Below, piece by piece: positions 39,250 through 53,254 of a stretch of 64,000 nt of DNA (its first letter is position 1; each line of letters begins with the position of its first letter). The notes under the pieces are model-generated. The model searched no databases. It was given only the letters and a program-made list of their open reading frames with translations, and had not been told where the DNA came from. Source of the stretch: Octopus sinensis. Taxonomy: Eukaryota. The translations under genes and the position numbers were made by a program. Location: contig NC_042999.1 in assembly GCF_006345805.1 (NCBI RefSeq), positions 165,478,001-165,542,000 on the forward strand. The letters run 5' to 3'.

Positions 39250-39715
39250 TAACCCTAAATTTTAGCCTTTCGTTTTTGTTTTTTTTTTCTTAATTGTTAA
39301 ATTAATTTAAGGATAACAATTAAGAAAAACAATAATAAATCTCTGAGCGAGATGTAAACAGTAAGCGCTCAACAACGTAAAGTATACTTGCCATCTTAAT
39401 ATGGCTAACCACTAGGGGTGGGGGGTCACAGGATTGTGTCTAAAGCCAGCCGGAGACGATGATCTCCTGGGGCTAAAAGCTACAGTAACACCCCCACCCC
39501 TGGTGGTTAGCCATATTAAGATGGCTAGTATACTTTACAAATTAATAAAAAAACGAAAGCAATGGAAAATAATTTTAATTTAACAATTAAGAAAAAAAAC
39601 GAAAGCAAAATCTCAAAACAAAAACAAAACGAATAATTTTAGACACGCGTAACAATTAAATAAATTTAACAATTAAGAAAAAAAACGAAAGGCTAACATT
39701 TAGGGTTAGGGTTAG
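39250..39715. repeat. Foldback element with nested inverted arms and TTAGGG-like ends (possibly a non-autonomous Helitron/Helentron or MITE)
   Basis: taaccctaaat.tagcctttcgtttt..cttaattgttaaatt is mirrored at 39660-39715. Inner arms 39377-39430 and 39485-39538. Confidence 0.6.
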
Positions 39716-40863
39716 TGACAGGATGTTGTCTGTTTTAGACACAGCAAATGATTTTAGCTCAATAGAGGCCATTGATTGGTTAAAATTCGAAAAATTAAAC
39801 TACGTTAAACTTACAAATTACAATTTTCTCAAGAAAGCCAAGAGAAAAAAATGTTTTATTTTGACACATTCTACCAGTATACGAAGTTTAAAAGTGTTTA
39901 GTTAACTAGAAATTGTGTTGAAAACTGCCGTTCAAAAGGAAAAGATCCGCTATTTGAAATAAAGTCTATTTTTTACACTTTGTCACGGATAATTATCATT
40001 TGAAATGGGGCCTACATTTCACATCTGGCTTAGCCTATCACCAGCTTTGTGCGGGTCTGCTTTTTGAGTCTCTCGTGGTAGTGTGAATAGAAGGTGTTGA
40101 TAAGATAACTTAATGTAAACAGTATATAACCTGACAAAATCAAGATACTGTGAAACCACACCCTTGCAATTGACTTGAGTTGAGGATAGAAACATTCAAC
40201 ATTTCAGATGATTGTAACAACGATAAAAAAAAATATCAATGTTAATTTATTGATGCATTTGGGCAAATCTATACCGTATTATCAGACAATTGCCAAAAAA
40301 TGTTTTTAAAAATTCAAAACTCTGCAAAAATCCAGTACAAATTTCGGTTCAAAACATTGCTTACTTTTTACTCAACTTGATATTTCGAGTTCAAGCATGT
40401 GAGGAAACATCTACTTGACAATGTTAAGCCAATCTGGAATGGGGTATCGAAGTTTGGCTTGCAGTCGTCGAGTCTCTTACATAGTAAATAACTGCTAATT
40501 CGCTGTCGCTGTTCACGGGATGTACAGTGTTTTGGGTGCTAGTGAAGAAAGGTGCCATACCTTGTTGACGTGGACATCCATAGCGGGCTAGCTAGTGACA
40601 TATGAGTGGTGACTTTTGGTACAGTAAAGTTGGTCGAAGGAATCGATCGGTAAACCTATGGTGTTTAATATCCACTAACAGACCAACCTGATGCAGGGAA
40701 TCAGCTCCAATAATGGAAATAGGCAAAATAGACAACCAATCGAAGCAAAATCAAATAGAATCTAATCTACCCAGTAGGTTCAGTTGTTGCCTACTCTCTT
40801 TCAGCAGTCTTAATTTCGTTTGAACAAGATATTGCTTTGCCTGTTGCGCTCGCTCAAGTTATT

Positions 40864-41023
40864 TCGGCCATCGGACTCGTCCCTGTACTTAGCCTTGGAT
40901 GGAACTTACCAACCGCTTTGGGCTAGGTTCCCAGGCAACCCGACGCTCCCTGGAGAGTTTCACGGTTTCTTGAATTTTCTCTCCAAAGTTCTTTTTAACT
41001 TTCCCTCGCAGTACTTGTCGGCT
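40864..41023 (-). pseudogene. Rearranged 28S rRNA 5'-region fragment
   Basis: Reverse complement matches conserved LSU blocks GTCGGGTTG..CCCAAAGCGG.TGGTAA.TCCATC.AAGGCTAA.TAC and ACAAGTAC.G.GAGGGAAAGTT.AAAAGAACTTTG.AGAGA.A.TTCAAGA..CGTGAAAC, in swapped order. Confidence 0.85.
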
Positions 41024-41029
41024 TGTTCC

Positions 41030-41290
41030 CCTCTCCACACTTAGCAAACACGACGTACATCCCCTCCGTATAAGCTTCCCTCAAGCGCTGCTCGATCTTC
41101 GCCGCGCTCAGTTGGTCTTCCTTGTCCATCTCGAGGTATAATGCCAACGCGCTTCCCTCCAGGTACCAGACCATGGGACCTGCTACATCGTCGATGCTTT
41201 GTAGCCTGGTCACTACTTTGATCTTACGGATCCAGGCCACAACATCCCTTTCGCCATAGAAAGGTCTAATGGCATCGTTGCTGATCCTTC
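41030..41290 (-). pseudogene. Gypsy-type gag N-terminal fragment from a different LTR family
   Basis: RISNDAIRPFYGERDVVAWIRKIKVVTRLQSIDD..YLEGSALALYLEM..IEQRLREAY is a typical capsid N-terminus (F.G...W; L.G.A...Y). Confidence 0.7.
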
Positions 41291-41829
41291 GCTGCTATCA
41301 CGTGGAAGGGGATAACAACCACGGAGAAATATACTTTTACACGCTGGCCGAAACAGCTTGTTGTGCGAGGGGGCTGTAATGAGGGGGAATAAACAGTTCG
41401 CCTACCTTCTCGTCGTTTTGCCGTCCAGCTGTACTCAATCCAAAACTTGTCGCCCAAACCTCGCACCTATCGATAGCAGCTGCTAGAACCCGTCCCTATC
41501 TGTTCGCTCACCTCTCGTCTGTTCGTTGTGAGCACCCAAAGCAAAAGATGACTCTTGGTCTTCCTTCTCTCACTTCCTCTCTCACCCTTCCTGTTCCGGT
41601 CAAACCCCTTGACCGTTGGCGTCACAGCCCTTTCCTTTCGGCTCATCTCATCCCCCAGTTTGCCCTATTTCACTTCCACTTGTTTACAAATCACAAAAAT
41701 GGATTTCTTTTATATCAGCAGTATCTACTATAGAGATGCTTAAGTATTTCGGACTGCATTCACGAGCGATGCTTGAATTGCATGTGCTAGCACGATCATA
41801 TGCCAGCTCCAGTATTTGATCCTCATAAG

Positions 41830-42300
41830 AGGAGGGGTCGGTAAAAAAAGCCGAGCGGGTTATCTTCAGTTCAGTTTTTTTATATTTTATCACCTATGGT
41901 CATGAATAATGGGTACTAATCGAAAGAGTACGATCGCGAATGCAGGTGGCCGAAATATGTTTCCTGCGAAGGATCTCTGAGATAACATTACTGGGCAGGG
42001 TACGTAGCTCGGAGGTCAGTTGGTCACTCTCAGTCGAGCCTCACTTTTCTGACTTGAGAGGTCAGTTCCGTTACTACAGACATGTGATAAAAATGTTGCT
42101 GAGAAGAATCGCAAACGGCCTCTTCAAGCCGAGCTAACCGGTAGAAGAAATGGTTGGATAATATCGTTAGGCTCAGTTGGTCACGCTTGGGAATTCATCT
42201 GGAAAGTGTAACGACAGTTGCTTCTAATACGACCCCTTGGAAGAGGTACCTTAGGAGTCTATCCCTATGGCCCTCCTAGGTAAGCGGATAAGATGAATGC
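41830..42300 (+). pseudogene. RTE LINE 3' fragment
   Basis: TYGHE*WVL..RSRMQVAEICFLRRISEITLLGRVRSSEV..R.Y.HV.KM. Confidence 0.7.
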
Positions 42301-44475
42301 ACATCTTCTGTTCACATTAGGGACGCGGAACTTTATTTCATAAACATATGCATAACATTGTTTCTGTAACTCGTTTAACTAAACCTTCTTTCAATGAATG
42401 TTGCTGGTGAAAATTGTAACTTTCTCTCAAAGAATCACAGTCTGTACTTTCACGAACTTTTGGAAATAACACGACCTGTTTAATTGCATTGACTTATCGT
42501 ACCACTTATGCCGGTAGACGTCTATACTTCTCTGAATACGTAAAAAAGAACCTATTTATTACATACAATTTATTGCTCTAATCCATATTTTCTACTAATT
42601 GTTAGCGATGTAGACCAGTTTCTTCAGATTCCGGACTTTACCCCGGTATTTTCAATCAATCGAAGTAAAATTTAATCTCCTTCATACTCTCCCCCATTTC
42701 TCTATTATATTCCACTTGGTTGACCGTTGTTGACCTCCCACTAAATTCTACTTAGCTATAAGTAACAAGTGATAATACCATAACTATGAACTACAGATAT
42801 TTATAGGTTCGAAATATAAAGTACTAGTCTTAACACGGGAACATGTGAATGTTCTCATTTCACATAATTAAACAACAACTGGCAACTTAGCAACTAAACA
42901 TAGACCAAACTGTTTATTTTTAGTGACATGGACACACACACACACACTTTCTGCATTAATGCATTCGACTGTAAAAACTAATTAGGTGCTTCGAAATACA
43001 TTTCCATATGTACACGTTACATTTTCTTCTTTCGATCAACGCTCTCTTTACATATGAACAGAAGAAAATACCTTTGTTCGGACATTTTTATGAAATATTT
43101 CATATCTGAATAAAAATAATTATATCTCAATCTGTTTCCAAGACATCCAATTTATATAGTGATGTTGAAGATTGTAACAATTTGTAAAGAGGGATAGCCA
43201 GACAATTCAAATATAAATAATGGTTGCTTTTGATTCCTGCACGCAATTTTTTTTTCCAGCCATTGTAATTCAGTTACAAGTGTAATTAAATAAAAATTCG
43301 TCTGAAACGTTTAGTTACATAAATAACGAAAGTTGTCGGTAAAGTGAAAGTTAATAAGGGAAGTAACTGTTATAAGCAATTAGAGCAGAAAGTAAATAAA
43401 CATAAAACCTCTAAAATAAAACAGTATAGTTTTGTGCGGTTGACAACGTAAACGAATCGCTCGGCCTGTATTAACCAAATCTCCCTTAAAAACACTCTTC
43501 CTATTCTGCTTAAAAATACGAGCCACGCGTAATAAGATTTCTAAATTTTAAGAAATTTTATTCTCAATGAAGATGGATGCGAACGGCTAGAACATTGCTA
43601 AATCATCCGGATGTCCGATCTATGTGCATCGTGCACCGAGGCAATCAATCATCTATCTTTCTGATCAATCAATCAGACAGAGCCTCTACCTGATTAATCG
43701 ATCTGCCACAATTAGCAGTCAATTCTGTATTTCTGACATAGTGTAGTACCAGATACACTTTGTCAGAAATAAACTTGAACACATTTTTTTTTATCCTACA
43801 TGCTAGGTCAGGGCTAAACCACTCGTGGGTCCTGTCGAAATTTGCTTGATTACAACAGCAACAGAAGCCGCTATACAGTCGTTCGACCTACTAGGAATGA
43901 CAGCCAAATCTTCCCCTGTGTCACTCTCCACAGTGTTATGGAAAAGAGGAAGGATACTGGAATGATGATACAGTTCATGACTGAAACATCTTTAATCCAT
44001 CTGTCTTGTTCGGTCTGAGCTACCTTGGGTTTTAACAACTATTGCTACCATTTCTTCGGGCCAAAGAGGAGGCCGTTACACGGTCTCGCAAACTACTAGA
44101 ACCAGCGACCCAATAGCTATCAAATCTCACTGGCCGCCTTCAGAAAAGAATAGCAGGACACTCACAGTGTCTGAAAAGCATTCATAGGGACGATCACGAA
44201 TGGAACGTTTTTCTTTCTCCTTTTTTTTTTCTTTTAGTTCAGATTAGATCAGAGCTGATCTGCTGCTGCTGCCGCCACCATCGCCACCGCAACTGTCATC
44301 ACTTTTGAAGTCACACAAGATCCCGATCTTGTTAATGTTTTTGATGTTCAGTCCACCCATTTCAAGTAATCGCGGTGTACCGTTAGCGTTTAGCCCAAGG
44401 TCAGCTGAGATTGAATGGGAATTTCTTTTTCAGGCACAATTTATTTAGGATCACATTATTTAATATGTCCCCTAA

Positions 44476-44515
<40 letters not shown>

Positions 44516-45732
44516 CTCTCTTTAAGACGGCAGAGGCTCTCTCGAAGACGCGACTAATCATATTCTGTAAAATTGGTCGACTTTCTTGTTACCAAATTAT
44601 TTTAATCTCCACATTTTTGGTGCGGGTGTGTGTGTGTTTTTAACCACAAAAAGTAATAGTAAGGTTCACCGATTGTTTCAAGTGTTCTTACATTGACAAT
44701 AATTTTGAATTCTTTAAAGAGAATGTTTTCCCCGCCTATTCAAGATAAAGTTCCAGGTTCCTTTTGAACTTCTGATAAATAAGATACTGAATCAGCTGCC
44801 AAATTTTTATCAGTTAAAAGTCAAATAAATAAAATTAAGGAACAAACGTGATAGAAGCTCCTGAAAAAAAAAGTGTCAAAAACTATCTGCGTAAGTTTAC
44901 TTCGCTTCGTCTAAGATCTGACATCTTCAACAGACCGTGCAAACACAAATTCATACATACGTACATACATAGATAGATCCGTATGAGTGACAGAGAGAGT
45001 GGGTGGGTGTGCGTGCGCGAAATGAAATATAGAACTACTGCTCTATGTGGTATTAGAAATAGCGAGTCAATGTATTATGCGTTCATCGGAATGCTCTGAT
45101 CATTAGACTGACTGCACAGTATTTACAACCTCTTCCTTTTTCAATCGTGCATGAATACAAACATACTCTTCTATCAATTCTGATGATAAACCTTCTTTGC
45201 GAGGTACATTTTATTCGTACGCTAGATCCATAATAATATTGTCAAATAGCAGTCTTCAGAATGACAATTGTATGTGTTAAATAATTCTTCAAATTGAAGT
45301 TGTGTCTTCTAGAGTAGATTGTAAACACAATTCCGCTCAGATATTCGCGTCATTAATGAAGTATACATTATTTATATCGACTGAATATGAATTGTTTCAT
45401 TGCGGGTGTGTGTGTAAATATTTATAGTCGAACAAAACAAAAATCTCTATATACCCTTTCGGTGTTATTATATATGCAAATATATATTCGTGCGGTTTTT
45501 TCCTTGTAATGTTATTTCTTTCTTTGAAATAATCAATGAAAATACGAAATTGACCGTTTGTGACAATGGCATCAGCGAAATGACAAAATATACATTTATA
45601 AATATTTATCGTTAAGCGGTTTTTTTCATTTTGTTTTTCTATGCATGAAATCGAACTCATATCAGCAGTATCGATATATTTCTTCTAGAATTACCAAGCT
45701 TTCACCGTGAGACATAGATATACATTACTTAC

Positions 45733-45868
45733 CGGCGTTGATGGTCATCCAGTTTACTGTGTTCGTATCTACATAATACATACTACGGACTTGTGGTCAC
45801 AGCAATCCGACTTTCTGCTACTGTGGACTCTCTTCTCACTGCTCACTTAGTTGGTCACCTCTTTTATA
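45733..45868 (-). promoter_or_regulatory. Candidate TATA-box promoter and first exon of a minus-strand transcript
   Basis: TATAAAAG at 45868-45861, Inr-like gcAgt at about 45840, consensus donor CCG|GTAAGT at 45732, inside a CpG-retaining region. Confidence 0.45.
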
Positions 45869-48800
45869 TCACTTACTCTCTCTCTCTCTTGTTTTTTTTT
45901 TTTTTCTGTTTTAGCCACTTAACTGAAGTCTCCCACTTGATTCAATTCCAAGGGGTTTTTTAGTTAGATCTCTTGACAGTACTCCTATTGCATCTTGCAT
46001 GCTTCATCTAACGCCTCTTACTGAACTGTATATCCTGCGGATTTGATCGAGCATAAAGCTTCTTAAATCATAAACACTGAATTATAATTAAACGTTATTA
46101 ATCATGTTTGGTTAAGTATCAGCCAACAACTTTTCAGTTGTTCAATAAACTTTAAGCCTTCCTGATCTGTTCATTTTAATGTAAACAAAGCGGCAGATGT
46201 CTCATCCTCTCCAATAAATAATTTAACTTAACAGAAACATTCCTTTAATCGATCCTACTGTTGCTTTATATCAAGGTGTTTTCTTTTTAACCGGTTGTGA
46301 CATTGCTAGGCGATACGCATATTTCTGCGTGTGTCAGCATATGCGAGGACATATGCTGTTGTTTTGGTCTGTTTTTTACTTACCAATATCAATGAAATTA
46401 ATGCCATTAACTTTCAACTTAAACTGTTGCAAGTCGATGCCTAGAGTAAAAATATGACCAAGGGGGGAATTTCAGAGGACTGACGTTCTGGGGTGGAGGG
46501 ATTAAGGTCGTGATTGTACGGGGACTGAGCGGGATTGTATACCGTTGATGATAGGAAGGGAAACAGGGGAGTTGAGAGCACAAAAACAGCTAGCTCTGAA
46601 AAGCAGAGGCCATTGTAGTAGCAGTTGAGAGTAGGCAGTCCGTCTGTGAGAGAGAAGCTGATTCAGTTGATTGGCCTTTCCATGGATCAGTGAGCGCGGG
46701 TGTGTTATTTGTTTTTCTGTGCGGTCATGCTTGAAGGGTTTTAGTCAAACAAATCAACCTCATCACTCTTTTTTTTTTTAACCAGGTACTTATTCTACTA
46801 GTCTCTTGCTGAACTGCTGAGTTAAAGGGATGTAAACAAACCAACAACGGTTGTCAAGTGCTGATGGGGGACAAAACAAACGTGTATGTGTTAGTGTGTA
46901 TATATATATATTATATATATGTGTGCATATATATATGTGTGTGTTTGTATGTATATCATCATCATCATCATCATTCATTTAGCGTCCGTTTTCCATGCTA
47001 GCATGGGTTGGACGGTTCAACTGGGGTCTGGGGAGCCCGAAGGCTGCACCAGGCCAGTCAGATATATATATATATATTACTCTTTTACTTGTTTCAGTCA
47101 TTTGACTGCGGCTATGCTGGAGCACCGCCTTTTAGTCGAGCAAATCGACCCCGGGACTTATTCTTTTGTAAGCCCAGTACTTATTCTATCGGTGTCTTTT
47201 GCTGAACCGCTAAGTAACGGGGACATAAACACACCAGCATCGGTTGTCAAGCAATGCTAGGAGGACAAACACACACACGCATATATATATATATATACAT
47301 ATATACGACAAGCTTCTTTCAGTTTCCGTCTACCAAATCCACTCACAAGGCTTTGGTCGGTCTGAGGCTATAGCAGAAGACACTTGCCCAAGGTGCCACG
47401 CAGTGGGACTGAACCCGGAACCATGTGGTTGGTAGACAAGCTACTTACCACACAGCCACTCCTGTATATATATATATAAGAGAGAGAGAGAGAGAAGGCT
47501 GTTTGCTATAGCCAGTCAGAGAGTGACTGTTGGTTTCATACATATAAAGCATTTAGCTGTATAGGCAACTCATCAGACTCAAATTGCCTTCGATCATTAG
47601 AGTCTGACAAGTCACCTATACAGTGAAGCTCTTTATAGATGCGAAACCAATGATCACTCTCTGACCAGCCATAACAAACAACGCTCTAATGTTTTAGAGT
47701 GTGCTTCTTTTTCGGATTTATGAACTACTAACGATATTTACATGTGTGTATGATGGATTTCTTTCAAATCCACTCAAAGGGCTTTGGTCAGTCCAGGGCT
47801 ATAGTAGAAGAAACTTGCCCAAGTTTCCACACAGCAGGACTAAACCTGAAACTGTCTCCTCTTCATTATCAATTATGTGTGTGGGTGGGGTATCTTTGTG
47901 TCTGTGTTTGTCCTCCCACCATTGCTTGACAACAGATGTTGGTGTGTTTACATCCCCATAACTTAGCAGTTCAGCAAGAGAGCCTGCTAGAATAAGTACT
48001 AGACTTACAAATAATAAGTCCTGGGATTGATTTCTTCAACTAAAAAATCCTAAAAGGCAGTGCTTCAGCATGGCCACAGTCAAATGACTGAACAAATAAA
48101 AGAATGTAAAAAAAAATGAACCCTTCCAATATTGCAACACAGCCAAAACCATTCCTATCATAGGTTACATATGTAAGAGAATATCTCACTGGGAACATTT
48201 TGATAAGTTTTCTATTTCTGTTGTGCTTCAAAAATCAGTTTCATATCATCATCATCATCATCGTTTAACGTCCGCTTTCCATGCTAGCACGGGTTGGACG
48301 GTTCAACTGGGGTCTGGGAAGCCCGAAGGCTGCACCAGGCCAGTCAGGTCTGGCAGTGTTTCTACGGCTGGATGCCCTTCCTAACGCCAACCACTCCAAG
48401 AGTGTAGTGGGTGCTTTTTACGTGCCATCGACAATAAATAATCATGCTTATGTTACTCTACTGAGCCTTTATAAATTCTTAGTTATTTTGAAAATTAATT
48501 GGACTATGTAGTGTACTAATGTTAGAAATATGGTGAAGAAAAGGGATAACATTTTTCAATGAAATAAAAAATATATTTAAAATGTGATTGGATGCCTCAT
48601 AACCCCTTGTTAATATTCCTGAAGATTTCTCTTCCATGCTAATAATTAAGTATTTCAGTTGATTAAATGAATGAAATGAAAGCCTCTTATCAGCATACTT
48701 TAAGAGAAGGCCTAAAATAAACCTTTACAACATATTAATAAACTATAAGGATGCAAAATTCTCTGAAATAAATTTGTTTTAAATGTAATTTTCTCACATA

Positions 48801-49099
48801 TTTTTATTAAAACACTATTAGCATAATGTTGTCAAACCTGATAGATATTGTATCCCATGAAATAAAAAGTTTAAGCAAGTAGCAGTCAATTCAATAAATA
48901 ACGTATTCCATTTTGTGAAACCCAAAAATGCACAGCTGATAAATAACATATTACATATATGAGACCTTACCATATTTATATTTAGTATGAAGAATGCTTT
49001 CCTAAATTATCATTCTTCAGTGACATTGTTATTTCTAATCAGTTGAACTAGGACTTAAAAGTTACAAAAATAAGTATAGCACAGCTACTAAGGTTTAGA

Positions 49100-49495
49100 T
49101 TAGATGAGATGCAGTTTGTTTTTTTGTGTCATGGAGAAATTCCACTGATGCTGTCTTCCTGGTGAAGCAGGAAAAGTATTTATCCAAAAGTAAACTGCTG
49201 TACTTGGATTATGTTGACCTGCAGAAATCCTTCAACAAGGTCTTTCACTCTCTGATCTGGTAGATGTTACAGAAGCTAGGAAGGAGTAGATGAAGAGCTG
49301 TCCAAATAATGTCCAGGGATACAGTTAGTAAGGTAAACATAACAATGTGTATAGTGATGAATTTATTGTGCAGACTGGAGTTCACCAGGGTTCAAGTTTC
49401 ATTCCCTCCCAGTTACTATTGTCCCTCAGGTCATAATAGAGGAGTCTAAGACCGGTTGCGCATCAGAACTCCTTTATGCTGATGACCTAGATTTG
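49100..49495 (+). pseudogene. RTE LINE RT-core fragment
   Basis: STDAVFLV..LYLDYVDLQKSFNKV..IW..GVHQGS..ELLYADDL with disablements. Confidence 0.8.
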
Positions 49496-50343
49496 AAAGC
49501 TGGAAACCCAGCTGGTGTGCAGCCGCTGTGAAGAAGGGGGTAAAATGAAATAGGGCCTCTTTTGTTTCACCACCCTTCTCTTAGAAGCTACACACCAGTT
49601 GTGTTAATCCACCTCCAACAATAGAGAGCAGTTGCCATATTCCCTTCCATATTGGCTAACTCTGATGAGTGTAAGGTTATTATAATCAGATTGGTACCTA
49701 ACACTCCATTGTATTCCTTGCGCGAAACTGATTAGTAAGATCAGCCATGATGGATATATAATACTATGCATTTCAGATAATATACCCACTCTACTGACAG
49801 ATATACAAGTGCACCTTTTCCCTGATTTATGGTTTCTTAGATCTATATATACATACATATATGTATATATTCTACTATAACCTCAAGCTGACCAAAGCTT
49901 CATTTGTGGATTTGGTAGATGGGGATTGTATGTATGTATTTGTGTGCGTTTCTTCCCCACCATCACTTGATAACTGATGTTGGTATGTTTATGACCCATC
50001 ATCTAGTGATTCAGCAAAAACTGACCAATAGAAGAAGTACTAGACTTACAAAGAATAAGTATGTGTTTGGTATCATCATCATCGTTTAACAAAACAGTGG
50101 GGCTCGTCCGGTATATGTGTGTATATATGTGTGTGTGGTATATGTGTGTTTGGTATATATGTGTATATATATATGTGTGTGCGTGGTAAGGAGCTTGCTT
50201 CCCAGCCACATTGTCCTGGTTTCAGTCCCACTGTGTGGCACTTTAGGGCAAGTATCTTCTACTATAGCCTCTGGCTGACCAAAGCCTTGAGTGGATATGG
50301 TTGATGGAAACTGAAAGAAACCCATCATATGTACATGTATATA

Positions 50344-50375
<32 letters not shown>

Positions 50376-50788
50376 GGTTATAAAATGAGATAGGGGTTGA
50401 AAATTCAACCCACCATGGGATAATATGATGTTTTACTGATTTAAGTATATTTCTCCATTCTCTAATTTTGATGTATATATATATATATATATGTATATGT
50501 ATATGTATATATATATGTATATATATATTTGTATGTGTATGTGAGTGTTTGTACCCCTGCCATTGCGTGACAACTGATGCTGGTGTGTTTACATCCTTGT
50601 AACTTAGCAGTTCAACAAAATAGACCGATAGAATAAGTTCTAGGCTTACAAAGAATAAGTCCTGGGGTCAATTACTTCAACTTAAACCCTTTTAGGCAGT
50701 GCTCCAGCATGGCTGCAGTCAAATGACTGTAGCAAGTAAAATAATAAAAGGATGTGTGTGATGTGCTGGTGCAAGCAATATTCTTCAT

Positions 50789-51226
50789 TTAACCCTTCAG
50801 CATTCACTTCATTCTGCAAAGTTTAACGCTTATTTATTCTCATTGCTTTAAATTAATCCTGTAGTATCTTGTACCGGCAAGATTTCTATAATAGGATTGT
50901 GCATTTCTAGAATGATGTTGTACAATATGTATGAGAGGCTGTATATGGCCAGTTTGAACCTTAAACTGGTAGAATACAGTCTGTTTAACCCTTTAGTGTT
51001 CGAATTAATATGTCAGAAATAATCCTTATTCATTTACATTTTAAAAAATTAACCTGGTATTATCTTGTAGCTTCAAGATTTGAAAGATGTAATTGTTTAT
51101 TTTTAGAATGACATTGCAGGGTAAGTGTGAGATACTGGTTCTGGCCAGTTTGAGCATAAAATGAGTAGAATATTTGGGCCTGGTATAGCCGGTTTAAACA
51201 CTAAAGGGTTAAATGCTAGAGAGTTA
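50789..51226. mobile_element. piggyBac-type (TTAA, CCC..GGG) MITE with a second copy nested inside it (50985-51212)
   Basis: TTAAcccttcagcatt..aatgctagagagtta outer; TTAAccctttagtgtt..aacactaaagggTTAA inner. Internal sequences are homologous. Confidence 0.75.
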
Positions 51227-53254
51227 GGGAATATAAAAATATAAAAACTTCATCGCTCTTAAACCCATGCCTCCTCATTGTTGTGTTATTACATCTTTCA
51301 AATATGAGTGCACTTTATTTTGGTTTATTTTGATTTTATTCAAAATATAAATATTAATTTTCCCTTCTGTCTAAAGTTAATTGGTAATCCATCTAATTTA
51401 GTTGAATAGTTAAAAAAATTGTTGAAAATATTTAAAAGAAAATCTTCCTGTAAACAAGTTATTCTTTTCTTCTTCTTTTTTACTTGTTTCAGTCATTTGA
51501 CTGTGGCCATGCTGGAGCTCCACCTTAAGGGGTTTTAACTGAACAAATTGCCGCCCCACCACCACCACCAGGGCTTAATTTTTGTAAGCCTATTACTTCT
51601 TCTATCAGTCACTTTTTGCCAAGTCACTAAGTTATGGGGACATAAATGCACCAGCATTGGTTGTCAAGTGATGGTGATGGTGGTGGGGACAAACGCAGAC
51701 ATGAACACACAAATATATACAAATATATCATCTATGCACACACATAAACACTGCCACATGTGCCATTCACGCATCTGTCACTATAGCTGCTGATCTCTCA
51801 GAGCAACATTAACACACACACACACACACACACACACAGATCCATGCACACACATCCTACCATACACACATGCATCACATGCACACACAGTTACCACCAC
51901 GCACACACCAACATAGTTACTGCCATACACACACTACCATTCATACACATGCTACCACACAGACCACATGCTACCACATGCACACACGCAGGCATACTGA
52001 CCATTTTTGCACTTTCCTCTTCCAGAAAGCAGTTTTCCTTCATTCCTACTTCCTGTCACTTACTTCAAAACTGTAACCACACTTGATTGTTGGCGATTTT
52101 TTTTTTCTTCCTTCATCTTGGATTTTCCTGTTTCTAGTTTGGCTAGAAATGTAAAACTTCTGCTCTTTTCTTTCTCTGAGCATCTTATTAACACATTGCT
52201 TGTGCCACATCCAAACAGTTATTTTTTTTGTTTTTCTCTGTGACTTTCTGAATTGACTATATATATATATATATACATACACACACACAGTGGGCTTCTT
52301 TCAGTTTCCATCTACCAAATCCACTCACAAGGCTTTGGTCAGCCTGAGGTTATAGAAGAAGGCACTTGCCCAAGGTGCTATACAGTGGGACTGAACCCAG
52401 AACCATGTGTCTGGGGAGCAAGCTTCTCACCACACAGCCATACCTGATATGTTGACTTTTTGAAGGACTTCAGTTACCTTACAGACTCTATTGCTGATAT
52501 TGAATACAAATTTAGAGAGATCTCTTCACTTAAATTCTATAGCAGTAAAAAAACTACAAAGACAAATTGTTTCTTTATAAAAGAGACTATTTATAGTCTT
52601 GTAAACAAATGAGTTAATAGTACTGGCTCATTATAAAATAAGTTCAGTGGCTGATTTGGATTAATTTCTTATCTATTTCACAAAGGAATCTTAAACCTAT
52701 TTTTAACTTGTGTTGTTGTTCTTGCAAGAAGACATTACAATAACAAGTTGTCAAATATTTCTTTCTCCTCTCCCTCACCACACATGTAATAAGAAAGGTT
52801 ACAAAAGAAAATAGACTTTTACTACTGGGGAAAGTGAAGCAAGAGAATCCCAAAACTCAACCTTTAGCAGCAAAGTACTTTTAATAATGATGGTGGTGGT
52901 GGTGGTGGTGGTGGTGGTGGCAGTGGTGTCGGTGGTGGCGGTGGTGGTTCTTTCTACTAAACGCACAAGGCTTGAAATTTTGGGGAAGGGACTTGTCGAT
53001 TACATTGACCCTGAAAGGATGAAAAGCAAAGCTGTCCTCGGCAGAATTTGAACTCAGAATGTAAGGACGGACAAAATGCCACTAAGCAATATTGACTACG
53101 CCCCTTCCTCTTAAAATAATTGTCTTTGTGCCTAATTCAGAAATCATTATCATTACTATCATTATCATCACCATCATCATAGTCCTCAAGGATTTTTCTG
53201 AACCCTTAGTGGTTAATAAAGAAAACATTATTATTATTATTATTATTATTATAT

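Noticed and set aside
39699-39715. Interstitial telomere
   Set aside because: Only about 2.5 TTAGGG units, and they are part of a fold-back repeat.
40864-41023. Functional rRNA gene
   Set aside because: Only ~160 bp, diverged and rearranged, with no surrounding rDNA unit.
49604-49858. 84-aa minus-strand ORF with a signal-peptide-like stretch
   Set aside because: No recognisable homology or convincing splice context, and it starts in a microsatellite edge.
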